From Catajapyx aquilonaris (Eukaryota), in assembly GCA_000934665.2 (NCBI GenBank), contig KZ537983.1, positions 62,001-126,000 on the forward strand: a stretch of 64,000 bases of DNA, in the 5' to 3' direction. The position numbers were made by a program, and so were the translations under genes. Of this stretch, positions 1-11,802 are shown one piece after another. The notes under the pieces are model-generated. The model ran no database searches and had not been told where the DNA came from. It was given only the letters and a program-made list of their open reading frames with translations. Positions within the stretch are counted from its first letter, which is position 1. Every line of letters begins with the position of its first letter.

Positions 1-1468
1 GTGAAGTAGTGAATCTACGCGAAGTGAACCCAAGTTTGGTGACGACTGGAATACCACGGATACTCGAACAATTCCAGAAACGGGATCAACCAGCAGTTTG
101 GCGAAGAATGTTCGCCATTGTAAACTTCTCGTTAGAAATGTGCGACACGTTTTTCCGCAGTCCAGAAACTAAGGAATTGATGAACTCAAAGTACGACCTA
201 GTCTTGATCGATGGTATATTGAACGACTGTGCAGTCGGTTTGGCCCACCGTTTGAACGCACCATTTGGCTACGTGGCACCAGGTGTGATCTTAGGATGGC
301 AGGTCGTGGGCACCAAGAACCCTCTCCCTTCGTCAACAGTCCCGTTTGGGATCATGCCATATGAGAACATGACATTCTTGCAACGTACGGGAAACTTCCT
401 GATGAGCAACTTGGCCGACCTGTTCCGTCTGTACTACTCCGTGCCTTTGTACGATGACCTGATGAGGACACACCTTGGCAGTGACCTTCCTTCGCTGGCA
501 GACATGGAGCGAAACATCAGCCTTGTCCTGATCAATCAGCATTTTTCAATTGTGGCTCCTCGTGCCTGGTTGCCTGAACTGGTCGAGGTTGGAGGGATGC
601 ATTGTCGTCCTGCTCAACCTCTTCCAGACCCATTGTTAAAGTATGTCGAAGGATCCGAAGGCTTCATCTACATAAGCTTCGGCACTGTTGTGATAGGGAG
701 TCAGATGGACCCCAAACTACGAGACGCGTTTCTGTCTGTTTTTGGCAAGTTGAAAGAGCGTGTCTTGTGGAAGTGGGAGACTGAGACCATGGAGGGGGTT
801 GATGTACCCAAAAATGTCAAGCTCAGCAAATGGCTTCCTCAGCAGGACATTCTAGGTAAGAGTCTGTCACCCCTACAGATTGCCCAATAATGCATTTGGT
901 TTCACAGGTCATCCCAAGTGTCGGTTGTTCATCACCCAGGGAGGGCTTATGAGTCAGCAGGAGGCCATTTACCACGGAGTGCCCATGCTTGTCATGCCCT
1001 TCGTGGGTGACCAAGACGCCAACGCGGTACGAGCCCAAAGCCAAGGATATGCCTTGAAGATGGAAGTGGACGAAGTGACGTCTGATTCCCTGGAAAAAAC
1101 TATCAGACAACTTCTGAAGGAGCTACAGTTAAGTCGGTTACTTTCACAGGTCAACTGAACGGTTATATTCATCTCGTCTTCATTTTAGGTACCGCCAACG
1201 TGTGCAAGGTTTATCCCAGGTGTATCGTGACCAACCTGAAACCCCGCTGGAACGTGCGATATTTTGGACCGAGTATGTCATACGCCACAAGGGTGCAACC
1301 CATATGAGGTCCAGAGCCAGGAACATGTCTTGGTACCAGATTTATTTAGTGGACGTCATTTTATTTATCACGATTGTTTCCGTTGTCCTGTTTGGTATCT
1401 TCTACCTCACGGTGCGAACCCTTATTCGCATGATTTGTGGAAAAGACAAAAAGCAAAAAGTAGATTAA
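1..1468 (+). CDS. UDP-glycosyltransferase, copy 1 (5'-partial); exons <1-855, 908-1127, 1189-1468
   Basis: Spliced product has the UGT signature WLPQQDILG|HPKCRLFITQGGLMSQQEAIYHGVPMLVMPFVGDQ, then DQPETPLERAIFWTEYVIRHKGA, a C-terminal TM helix and a KKQKVD dilysine-type tail. GT-AG introns of 52 and 61 nt keep the frame. Confidence 0.93.
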
Positions 1469-2543
1469 TATCTCCTAATACTGTACTGTACTGTACATTA
1501 CACAACTAGTCATACATTTATGATTGTAGGCTATGTACAAACACACGTGATGTTTTCCTACGTTACTGATGCATCATGTATCCTAACATCCGCAAATGAA
1601 GGCCACAAATAAAACATCTCGTCACTATAATTACAATACCAGAAACCCACAACACTAGTGACTTCCCACACCCTAATCCGCCTAAGAAATGGCGACAGGA
1701 GCAGTGCCATTGCATAAGCCACTGCTGCAGTGGTTCATCTACTGATGACCAGATGTCCAACATAATTCTAGCGATTAAACTGTCAACAAGCTAGCTCTGA
1801 AGCTATGAAAGCCATCCTGGTGACATTGTCCTTAGCACAGGCTATTAGTCGTAACCCCATTGCAAGGTGCACTATTTTGGACCGTGTGAGGCTTTGACCT
1901 TTGTGTTTTGCTACAGAATGCAAGGATTTGTTTATTTACTAGCAGCGGTGCCCGCTCATCGTACGGCCTGTTTCCATGGTAATCACCAACAAAATCCCGT
2001 TGCCATGGGCAAACAAAAAAACAAAGAATTCTGCCTTACGTATAATTGCGCACTAATTACGTAGATTTTGAAACTATCTATAACATTAAAATCCTTGCGG
2101 TGTTTGACCGAGCCCTCTGATTGGTCCGCCCCCATATTGTAGTTACCGCCACTTTGGTTACCGCCACCTTCCGATTGGCCTGAGTTCATTGTTACCTGGT
2201 CGTATTCTTACCATCACGCCTCCAATTGGCCCCGTTCCGAGCATGCGCAATGGGTGGAAGAACGCCACAGTCGCTTGCTGGACGTCAACGAGAACACATC
2301 ATCTCCTCTCCCGTGAAGATCCCTCTACCCTTCCACCATCCTTCACCCACGTCTTCACGGTGACCTCGCAACAGGGGAGGGGGCGAGTAGGTGGGGAACG
2401 CCGAACGCAAACTGATCCAAACCGAACCAAAGCGAGCGAAGCGAGTGGTTTTCTACGACTGCGCCATAGAAAAATGAGAGCGTAGCGAGGGTTTTTCGAG
2501 TGTTATTTTAAATACGATACACATCATGGATCATGCTTATACT

Positions 2544-2880
2544 GGAGGAGGTGTGGTTGCCGAGATGGTAACGTCTCGGCTTGCTGAGTGAAAGGTCCCA
2601 GGTATGATACCCGCCTGGGAGTTCCCTTTCACCTGCGTCGGGAGGGTCCCTAACCTGCACCAAGGAGGTGTCTGGCAACCTAACCTCCTGGGGGACTGCA
2701 CATGGTCCAAACGTTTAAGACATTGCACCTGCACAAGTGTCCCCTCCCAACAATCCCTATCCCTACCCTACATCCTGAAGTCCTTGCACGGTGATTGAAG
2801 AAAACAAGTTTGAAAACTGATGGTGGCCACCCCCCTATATTATAACGACTTATAGTTGTATCACGGGGTAAAATTATATT
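2544..2880 (+). mobile_element. tRNA-derived SINE copy (3' boundary uncertain), followed by an (AAT)n tract
   Basis: About 145 bp is near-identical to 51419-51564. Pol III A-box-like TTGCCGAGATGG and degenerate B-box GGTATGATACC. Confidence 0.7.
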
Positions 2881-2882
2881 TA

Positions 2883-2950
<68 letters not shown>

Positions 2951-2962
2951 GAATAAGAATAA

Positions 2963-3016
<54 letters not shown>

Positions 3017-3030
3017 CAATAAATAAATAA
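2881..3030. repeat. (AAT)n microsatellite with AAG/AAC interruptions
   Basis: Directly visible; produces the spurious poly-Tyr ORF. Confidence 0.97.
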
Positions 3031-3639
3031 ATGGATCGTGCTTATAGTGTGGCGGCTACGCATTCGTATCAGGAGACTCAGCACATTTGCCTACTCTCCT
3101 AGATGCGTGTATCCACCGCGAAGGACGGTTACGTTACGGGGTAGGTTGGTACAGCGTGCCCCTACCCCTGCCACATTCGGTCTCCCATTACGAAAGTCCT
3201 TCCATTGTGACCTTATTACATACTATAAAGACATCTACAACCAATGCTCAGATGGCAGTGAAGACAAAATTACGATGGGATTAAATATATCCATGGCAAG
3301 TAATGCTGGTTATTCTGGCAGCTGATGTAGCCTAATCATCTATTCCCCCATCATAACAAATCCAGCGAAAACATAACATGTATGTGCATGCCTCAGTGAC
3401 ACTCATTGCTTATTTTATTTGCCTCTATTAAATATTTTTGTTACTACAACTGTTCACTTAAAAAGTTAATACTTTTTCATAATCAAGAAGACTGCATGGC
3501 ACATCAACAAAACATGTCACAAAAAACCCCACCTGCATAATTATGCAGATGATATTGCTTTTTTCAGAACAATTAATTACAACTAGTGTTACTTATAAAT
3601 AGCATACCAGTGGGTACTGTCGGGTACATTACAACACAA

Positions 3640-3780
3640 TGACATTTGTGACCTCATTCCCAAAGACACGTGAAGTAGTGAATCTACGCGAGGTGAACCC
3701 AAGTTTAATGATGACTTGATTGCCACGGATACTCGAACAGTTCCAGAAACGGGATCAACCAGGAGTTTGGCAAAGAATCC
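3640..3780 (+). pseudogene. UGT exon-1 fragment
   Basis: Matches about 4365-4500 of copy 2 (TFVT..PKTREVVNLREVNPSL..PRILEQFQKRDQPGVWQR). TGA replaces a Gly codon and there is no signal peptide or downstream exon. Confidence 0.85.
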
Positions 3781-4215
3781 GCAAGTTTGGCAAAGCATCC
3801 TCAGCTTGTGTGACCTTGAACACACAAAAAATTTTCACCTGCGGCGGGCTTCCTCACCTGCCACCCCCCCCCCCCCTCCGAGATTTCGTAGATCCGGCAC
3901 TGACTACTAGTAACTTGAACTTAAATTACACCCATAGATTCATAGTACGCTAGCATTTTTTCTTCCTCTCGGCCCCTCTATGTTTGCCATAACATGACCT
4001 GAATGGCCATTGTGCCCTGAACAAACACAGTACTACTTCCTGCACTAATTAGGACACAACCTTATGCGACTGTTTCCTTGTCGTTGTGACTATCAGTCTA
4101 TTACTCTTCAATAAAGGACAATGTACAGTACAATGGCTTTATCTTATCACAGCCCCTTGCACAACCCTGACCACATACTGTATCGCACTGTAGGCATCAT
4201 TTCAGCTGTGCAGTC

Positions 4216-5861
4216 ATGAAGCTACGTCTTGTGATTGTGGCCTTAACAGGCTTATATTTGGTTGGAGCATCTAACATTCTAATTATAATCTACTTCGGAA
4301 CAAAAAGTCACAACAACGTGCTGGAATCGCTGGCACAAGGTCTGGCTGAACGAGGACACCAGGTGACATTTGTGACCCCATTCCCAAAGACACGTGAAGT
4401 AGTGAATCTACGTGAAGTGAACCCAAGTTTGGTGGCGACTGGATTACCACGGATACTACAACAGTTCCAGAATCGGGATCAACCAGGTGTTTGGCAAAGA
4501 ACGTTCGCCAAGGTTTTTTTCTCGTTGGAAATGTGCGACGCGTTTTTCCGCAGTCCAGAAACCAAGGAGTTGATGGGCTCAAAGTACGACCTAGTCTTGA
4601 TCGATGGTGCGTTGAACGACTGTGCAATTGGTTTGGCTCACCGTCTGAACGCACCTTTTGGCTACGTGACCCCGGGAGTGATCTTCGGATGGCAGGTCGT
4701 GGGCACCAAGAACCCTCTACCTTCGTCAACAGTCCCGCCTGGGATCATGCCAAATGACAACATGACATTCTTGCAACGTACGGGAAACTTCCTGATCAGC
4801 AACTTGGCCGACCTGATCCGTCTGTACTACTCCGTGCCTTTGTACGATGACCTGATGAGGAGACACCTTGGCAGTGACCTTCCTTCGCTGGCAGACATGG
4901 AGCGAAACATCAGCCTTGTCTTGATCAATCAGCATTTTTCAATTGTGGCTCCTCGTGCCTGGTTGCCTGAACTGGTCGAGGTTGGAGGGATGCATTGTCG
5001 TCCTGCTCAACCTCTTCCAGACCCATTGTTAAAGTATGTCGAAGGATCCGAAGGCTTCATCTACATAAGCTTCGGCACTGTTGTGATAGGGAGTCAGATG
5101 GACCCCAAACTGCGAGACATGTTGCTGTCTGTTTTTGGCAAGTTGAAAGAGCGTGTCTTGTGGAAGTGGGAGACTGAGACCATGGAGGGGGTTGATGTAC
5201 CCGAAAATGTCAAGCTCAGCAAATGGCTTCCTCAGCAGGACATTCTAGGTAAGAGTCTGTCACCCCTACAGATTACCCAATAATGCATTTGGTTTCACAG
5301 GTCATCCCAAGTGTCGGTTGTTCATCACCCAGGGAGGGCTTATGAGTCAGCAGGAGGCCATTTACCACGGAGTGCCCATGCTTGTCATGCCCTTCTTTGA
5401 TGACCAAGACGCCAACGCGGTACGAGCTCAAAGCCAAGGATATGCCTTGAAGATGGAAGTGGACCAAGTGACGTCTGATTCCCTACAAAAAACTGTCAGA
5501 CAACTTCTGAAGGAGCCACAGTTAAGTCGGTTACTTTCACAGGTCAGCTGAATAGTTATATTAATCACGTCTTCATTTTAGGTACCGCCAACGTGTGCAA
5601 GGTTTATCCCAGGTGTATCGTGACCAACCTGAAACCCCGCTGGAGCGTGCGATATTTTGGACCGAGTATGTCATGCGCCACAAGGGTGCAACCCATATGA
5701 GGTCCAGAGCCAGGAACATGTCTTGGTACCAAATTTATCTAGTGGACGTCATTTTATTTATCACTCTTGCTGCCTGTATCCTGTTTGGTACCTTCTACCT
5801 CGCGGTGCGAACACTTATTAGCATGATTTGTGGAAAAGACAAAAAACAAAAAGTAGATTGA
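4216..5861 (+). CDS. UDP-glycosyltransferase, copy 2; exons 4216-5248, 5301-5520, 5582-5861 (510 aa)
   Basis: Signal peptide MKLRLVIVALTGLYLVGA, catalytic-His motif KSH, UGT signature, TM helix and KKQKVD. Introns of 52 and 61 nt. Confidence 0.95.
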
Positions 5862-6605
5862 TATCTGCTAATACTGTACTGTACATTACACATACATACA
5901 TTTATGATTGTATGTACTGGACAAACACATGTGATGTATTCTTACGTTACTGATGCATCATGTATCCTAATATCCGCAAATGAAGGTCGCAAATCAAACA
6001 TCTCGTCATTGTAATATTAAAATACCTAAAACTCACAACACTATATAGTGACATCCCACACTCTAATCCGCCTTAGAAATGGCGACAGGAGCAGTGACAT
6101 TGCATAAGCCGATGCAGCGGTTCATCTACTGATGACCTTCCAACATAATTGCCGCCTTTGATGCCATGAAGGCCATCCTGCTGACATTGGCTTTAGCAGG
6201 CGACTAGTCGTAACCCCATTGCAAGACTGTGGACTATTTTGGATGGTGTAATACATGAGACTTTGACCTTTGTGTTTTGCTACATTCCGAATGCAAGAAA
6301 ATAAAACAAAGCATTCTAATATATAATATGGGAAATTATATTAGCAAAACTCAGCTATTGGTTATGCGTCTGGGAGCAATACGCACTAATATGCTCATCC
6401 TTCCTAATGTCACAAGCCATTTCCAAGATAGTGCAATAGTTCTATTTATTTTTCAACAGGCAGTATAGTGGTTATCTGATAGCAACACAATGCAGCTTAC
6501 TGTATGTAAGAACTTAATTTATCTAATCACAGCTTCAACAGAAGCGTACACTGTAGGCCTACTGTAGATTATTCAACATTCTAGGTCACACTACTTCCTA
6601 CCACA

Positions 6606-8254
6606 ATGAAGTTCAGTCGACTTATATTGGCCCTGTCATGCCTATTCTGTGTTGTAGAATCATCCAAGATCCTGATGGTGATGTATATAGGCTCCAAGAG
6701 TCACAAGAATGTGCTGGAATCATTGGCAAGAGGCCTGGCTGAACGAGGACACCAAGTGACATTTGTGAGCCCATTCCCAAAGTCTGGTGAAGTAGTGAAT
6801 CTACGCGAAGTGAACCCAAGTTTGGTGACGACTAGAATACCACGGATACTCGAACAGTTCCAGAAACGGGATCAACCAGCAGTTTGGCGAAGAATGTTCG
6901 TCATTGTAAACTTCTCGTTAGAAATGTGCGACGCGTTTTTCCGTAGTCCTGAAACAAAGGAACTGATTGACTCAAAGTACGACCTAGTCTTGATGGACGG
7001 TGCGTTGAACGACTGTGCAATCGGTTTGGCTCACCGTCTGAACGCGCCTTTTGGTTACGTGACCCCGGGAATAATATTTGGATGGCAGGTCGTGGGCACC
7101 AAGAACCCTCTACCTTCGTCAACAGTCCCTTTCGATATCATGCCATACGACAACATGACATTCTGGCAACGTACGAGCAATTTCCTGATCAGCACTTTGG
7201 TCGACATGATCCGTCTGTACTACTCCGTGCCCTTATACGATGACCTGATGAGAAGACACCTTGGCAGTGACCTTCCTTCGCTGGCAGACATGGAGCGAAA
7301 CATCAGCCTTGTCTTGATCAATCAGCATTTTTCGATCGTGGCTCCTCGTGCTTGGTTGCCTGAACTGGTCGAGGTTGGAGGTATGCATTGTCGTCCTGCT
7401 CAGCCTCTTCCTGACGCATTGTTGGAGCATGTCGAAGGATCCGAAGGCTTCATCTACATCAGCTTCGGCACTGTTGTGATAGGGAGTCAGATGGACCCCA
7501 AACTGCGAGACGCTTTTCTGTCTGTTTTTGGCAAGTTGAATGAGCGTGTCTTGTGGAAATGGGAGACTGAGACCATGGAGGGGGTTGACATACCCAAAAA
7601 TGTCAAGCTCAGCAAATGGCTTCCTCAGCGGGACATTCTAGGTAAGAGTCTGTCACCCATACAGATTGCCCAATAATGCATTTGGTTTCACAGGTCATCC
7701 CAAGTGTCGGTTGTTCATCACCCAAGGAGGGCTTATGAGTCAGCAGGAGGCCATTTACCACGGAGTTCCCATGCTTGTCATGCCCTTCGTGGGTGACCAA
7801 GACGCCAACGCGTTACGAGCCCAAAGCCAAGGATATGCCCTGAAGATGGAAGTGGACGAAGTGACGTCTGATTCCCTGGAAAAGACTATCAGCCGACTGT
7901 TGAACGACCTACAGTTGAGTCGGTTACTTTCACAGGTCAGCTGAACAATTATATTAATCACGTCTTCATTTTAGGTACCGCCAACGTGTGCAAGGTTTAT
8001 CCCAGGTGTATCGTGACCAACCTGAAACCCCGCTGGAACGTGCGATATTTTGGACCGAGTATGTCATACGCCACAAGGGTGCGACACATATGCGGTCCAG
8101 AGCCAGGAACATGTATTGGTACCAGATTTATTTAGTGGACGTCATTTTATTTATCGCTCTTGTTGCCGGTGTACTGTTTGGTACCTTCTACCTCACGGTG
8201 CGAACACTTATTCGCATGATATGTGAAAAAGGTAAAAAGCAAAAATCAGAATAA
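6606..8254 (+). CDS. UDP-glycosyltransferase, copy 3; exons 6606-7641, 7694-7913, 7975-8254 (511 aa)
   Basis: Signal peptide, KSH, UGT signature, TM helix and KKQKSE. Same intron positions as the other copies. Confidence 0.95.
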
Positions 8255-8564
8255 TCTCTCCTAATAGGCCTACTGTAATACACAACTAGCTATATATTTA
8301 TGATTTTATGTGCAAATACATTTTTCTGACGTTATTGATGCATCACGTATCCTAACATCCGCAAATGAAACATCTCGTCATTGTAACTACAACACCAGAA
8401 ACCCACAACACTAGTAACGTCACACAATCTAATCCGCCTTAGAAATGACGACAGGCACAGTGCACCTTATGTAAGAACTTAATTTATCTAATCACAACAT
8501 CAAAAGAAGCGTACACTGTACTGTCGGTTATCCAACAGTCTAGGTCACATTGCTTCCTACCACC

Positions 8565-10267
8565 ATGAAGTTCAGTCGACTTATTTTGGCCCTGTCTGGC
8601 CTCTTCTGTGTTGTGGAATCTTCCAAGATCCTGATGGTGATGTATATGGGCTCCAAGAGCCACAAGAATGTGCTGGAATCCTTGGCAAGAGGTCTGGCTG
8701 AACGAGGACATCAGGTGACCTTTCTCAACCCAATTCCTGCGAAGTCACGTGAAACTGACAATCTGGTGGAGGTGCATCCCAGTGGTCTCATCAAGGAAAA
8801 TCTGAAGATGTTGTCAGGTTGGCAAAATCGAGACCCTCCCATCAAATTCGGGATGTTGGTACGCATGTTTGAACTTTCGGTTCAAATGTGCCAATTCTTT
8901 CTGGAATGTCCGGAAACCAAGGAGCTCCTGAACTCAAAGTATGATCTGGTCTTGATGGATGGTGTTCTGCAAGACTGTGCCATTGGTTTGGCCTATCGTC
9001 TGAAGGTGCCCTTTGGTTACGTGGCTCCAGGTTTGCTGTTTGCATTTCAAGCAATGGGTACCAAGAATCCTTTCCCATCTTCAACTGTTCCGTTTGGAAT
9101 TTTACCTTACACAAACGAGATGACATTTGGACAACGTGTCCTCAACTTTGTGTATAGCAATTATGCTGACCTTGTAAGGTACTATTATGCTATTCCTAGA
9201 TTGGATGATATTATGCAACATCATCTGGGTGAAGATTTGCCTTCGCTGACTGATATGGAGCGTAACATCAGCTTGGTGCTGGTGAATCAGCACTTTACAA
9301 TTGCAAGTCCTCAAGCGTGGTTGCCAGAAGTGGTTGAAGTTGGAGGAATGCATTGTCGTCCTGCTCAGCAGCTTCCAGCCTCACTGTTGGATTATGTGGA
9401 TGGTTCTGAAGGCTTCATTTACATGAGCTTTGGAACAGTTGTGCGTGGGAGCAACATTGACACCAAGCTAAGAGATGCATTTCTTACTGTTTTTGGCAAG
9501 CTGAAGGAGCGTGTCTTGTGGAAATGGGAGACTGAGACCATGGAGGGTGTTGTGGTACCCAAAAATGTCAAGCTCAGCAAATGGGTTCCGCAGCAGGACA
9601 TTCTAGGTATGCTTTGTCACAAGTGTAGGTTGCCTAAGTGATAAGTTTGGTTTCACAGGACATCCCAAGTGTCGGTTGTTCATCACCCAGGGAGGGCTGA
9701 TGAGTCAGCAGGAGGGTATTTACCATGGAGTGCCCATGCTTGTTATACCTTTCATTGGAGATCAGGATCCCAATGCAGTACGGGCCCAAAGTAAAGGGTT
9801 TGCTCTGAAAATGGAAGTGGATGACATAACACCCGAGGCTCTGCACCACAATCTCAGGCGACTTTTGGATGAGCCCCAGTGAGTTGTTAACATTTCCTTA
9901 CAATCATGGGACTATGGGATAGTTCATGACAGTAATGCTTTGTATAATTTCCAAATATGCTGTTGATGCTGGTAATTCTATTTTCAGGTTTCGCCAACGT
10001 ATACAAGAGATTTCACGGACATATCGTGACCAACCTGAAACCCCTCTGGAACGCGCAATATTTTGGACAGAGTATGTCATACGTCATAAGGGTGCACCAC
10101 ACATGTGGAGCAGGGCAAGGAACATGCCTTGGTACCAGATATACCTAGTGGATGTCATTTTATTTATAACGCTCGTTTCTGCCATTCTGTTTGGGACCCT
10201 CTTCCTTATGATGCGAACACTTATTCGCATAGTTTGTGGAGGACGCAATAAGCAGAAACAAGATTAG
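8565..10267 (+). CDS. UDP-glycosyltransferase, copy 4; exons 8565-9606, 9659-9878, 9988-10267 (513 aa)
   Basis: ATG at 8565 (ACCACCATG), signal peptide, signature WVPQQDILG|HPK..FITQGG..PFIGDQ, TM helix and NKQKQD. Introns of 52 and 109 nt. Confidence 0.95.
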
Positions 10268-10555
10268 TCATACTATAGGGAAAGTAATATTGACACTGTG
10301 AACACATGTTATGCATAATCGGATACTTTCACCATTTAATTTTTTTGCATAAGTACAACAGTCCTGCAGTTACGTCAAAATAACTTATTGGTATGGTACC
10401 TTCACCTAAATTTCAAACAATTAATCACATGTCGCAAATCCTTTTAATTCCTCCTGAAGATTTTTCCAAACACATCTGCATTTTGTAAGCCATTCCAAGG
10501 GTGCATGAAGCTTGTGGCCATCTCTCTAAAAGTCAGACATACTCATTCATTATTA

Positions 10556-11300
10556 TAGTTGGTGGATGTCCCCAGTTAGAGAAAGGAAATTTGGATGGTG
10601 TGAATATTTGTGCAGGGGATCTCTGCTGGAATCAGTTAGCTGAGAACTATAAAGAAATTGTGCATGTTTAGCTTTGTAATACTTATTTATCAGCAGAACC
10701 TCTGTTTAATGGTCTGTCGGAATTTGAGAAACAGAAAACACTTGTTTTGCACAACCACAAGTACAATTCATGCATTTTAACCCATGTGACTGGCACCTTC
10801 ACTTGACTGAATTGACTCTCTTGTCTCCAGTTTTAGCTGATTATAACATATCTGAAATACTCATGAAGCTCAAGTCCACATTAGTGAAGTTGACATTTGA
10901 TGGATATAATGTTAGTGATCACACTTATGAATCACTTGGTTTGTGCAAGAAATTGGAACAGGTTCACATTAATCGTGCATGGTTCATTAACGTTGCAGGT
11001 ATGGTTGCGGGCCTAAAAGCACTATGCAACTTAAAGTCCTTGAGAGTTCATTGGGGGGTAAAACTAACCAATAATGCCATCAAGTGTCTACTTAACATTC
11101 CAAGTGCTGTGGAACAGTTGCACAGTCTGGACTTGTCATCCACCAGGGCGAATGACGGTATTGTATCATGCATAACCAGAAAATGCCTACACTTGACTCA
11201 TCTGAATTTATATCCAAGTGCGTATACTTGTGACTGATGTGGGACTTCACACAATAATATCTATCTGCCCAAACCTCTCACGTCGCTTGACATATGTGGT
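10556..11300 (+). pseudogene. Decayed leucine-rich-repeat (F-box/LRR, cysteine-containing LRR-like) gene fragment
   Basis: LRR-like strings CPQLEKGNL, LCKKLEQVHI, LCNLKSLRV, QLHSLDLSST, CLHLTHLNL, then after a frameshift TDVGLHTIISICPNL..SLDICG. Stops and frameshifts present; no introns evident. Confidence 0.6.
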
Positions 11301-11303
11301 ATA

Positions 11304-11800
11304 CTAGCAGGTTACCCGGCGTTGCCCGGGTATGTTTGGGTGCTGGTAAAGGAAGGGTAATACATATACACTATACAGTATATTAGGAAATGTGTTTGTT
11401 TGTAAATATTTCCCTTCCATACACTCGAAACTCGATAATTATGTCTTAAATCACACCCCCACCTTTAGAAATGTACGTACAGATGCATGGTGGAAAATTT
11501 TGTTCAACACGGAGTAATATTATTTTGTAAATACGGTATTATTTTATTGTATTTACTTTTGTCTGGAAGTCTATTTTCAAATCCCACAAAATCCCAGAAT
11601 ATTACCATAAGATACGAACTCACGTGAGGTGGCCAATTAGCGTAATTGGTGAATGCGTTGAATTTACGGAGATGGCTTAATTTGCTAGGTATTGTTGCAT
11701 AAGGGCATTTATTCCCGTCAGATGTGAACCGAGTTTAAACCGCATCCGAAGTTTATTTTTGCCTCGAGAAATTACATTTGAACCACTGTTCGAGAAATCG
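11304..11800 (-). mobile_element. Helitron 3' terminus / non-autonomous Helitron fragment (far boundary uncertain)
   Basis: Minus strand reads ACCCGGGCAACGCCGGGT (hairpin, 11314-11331), a short spacer, then CTAG|T at 11304. This is the canonical Helitron 3' end. Confidence 0.6.
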
Positions 11801-11802
11801 GC

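Noticed and set aside
1150..1188. Alternative donor CAG|GTCAAC for UGT intron 2
   Set aside because: It would give a 39-nt intron in the wrong phase for the last exon.
1740..1760. Hammerhead ribozyme cores at CTGATGA sites (also 6129, 25374, 61573)
   Set aside because: I could not find a properly placed GAAA with flanking stems; an Infernal search would be needed to exclude them formally.
2430..2505. Helitron-like GCGAGCGAAGCGAG end motifs
   Set aside because: No intact hairpin plus CTAG terminus, so too weak to call.
2680..3084. Poly-Tyr ORF (and the poly-Ile ORF at 42281-42490)
   Set aside because: These are translations of (AAT)n/(TAT)n microsatellites.
8550..8564. TTG starts (MLPTT-) for copies 4 and 5 in the ORF track
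   Set aside because: Artefact of bacterial-style start codons; the ATGs at 8565 and 12112 match copy 3 and begin the signal peptide.
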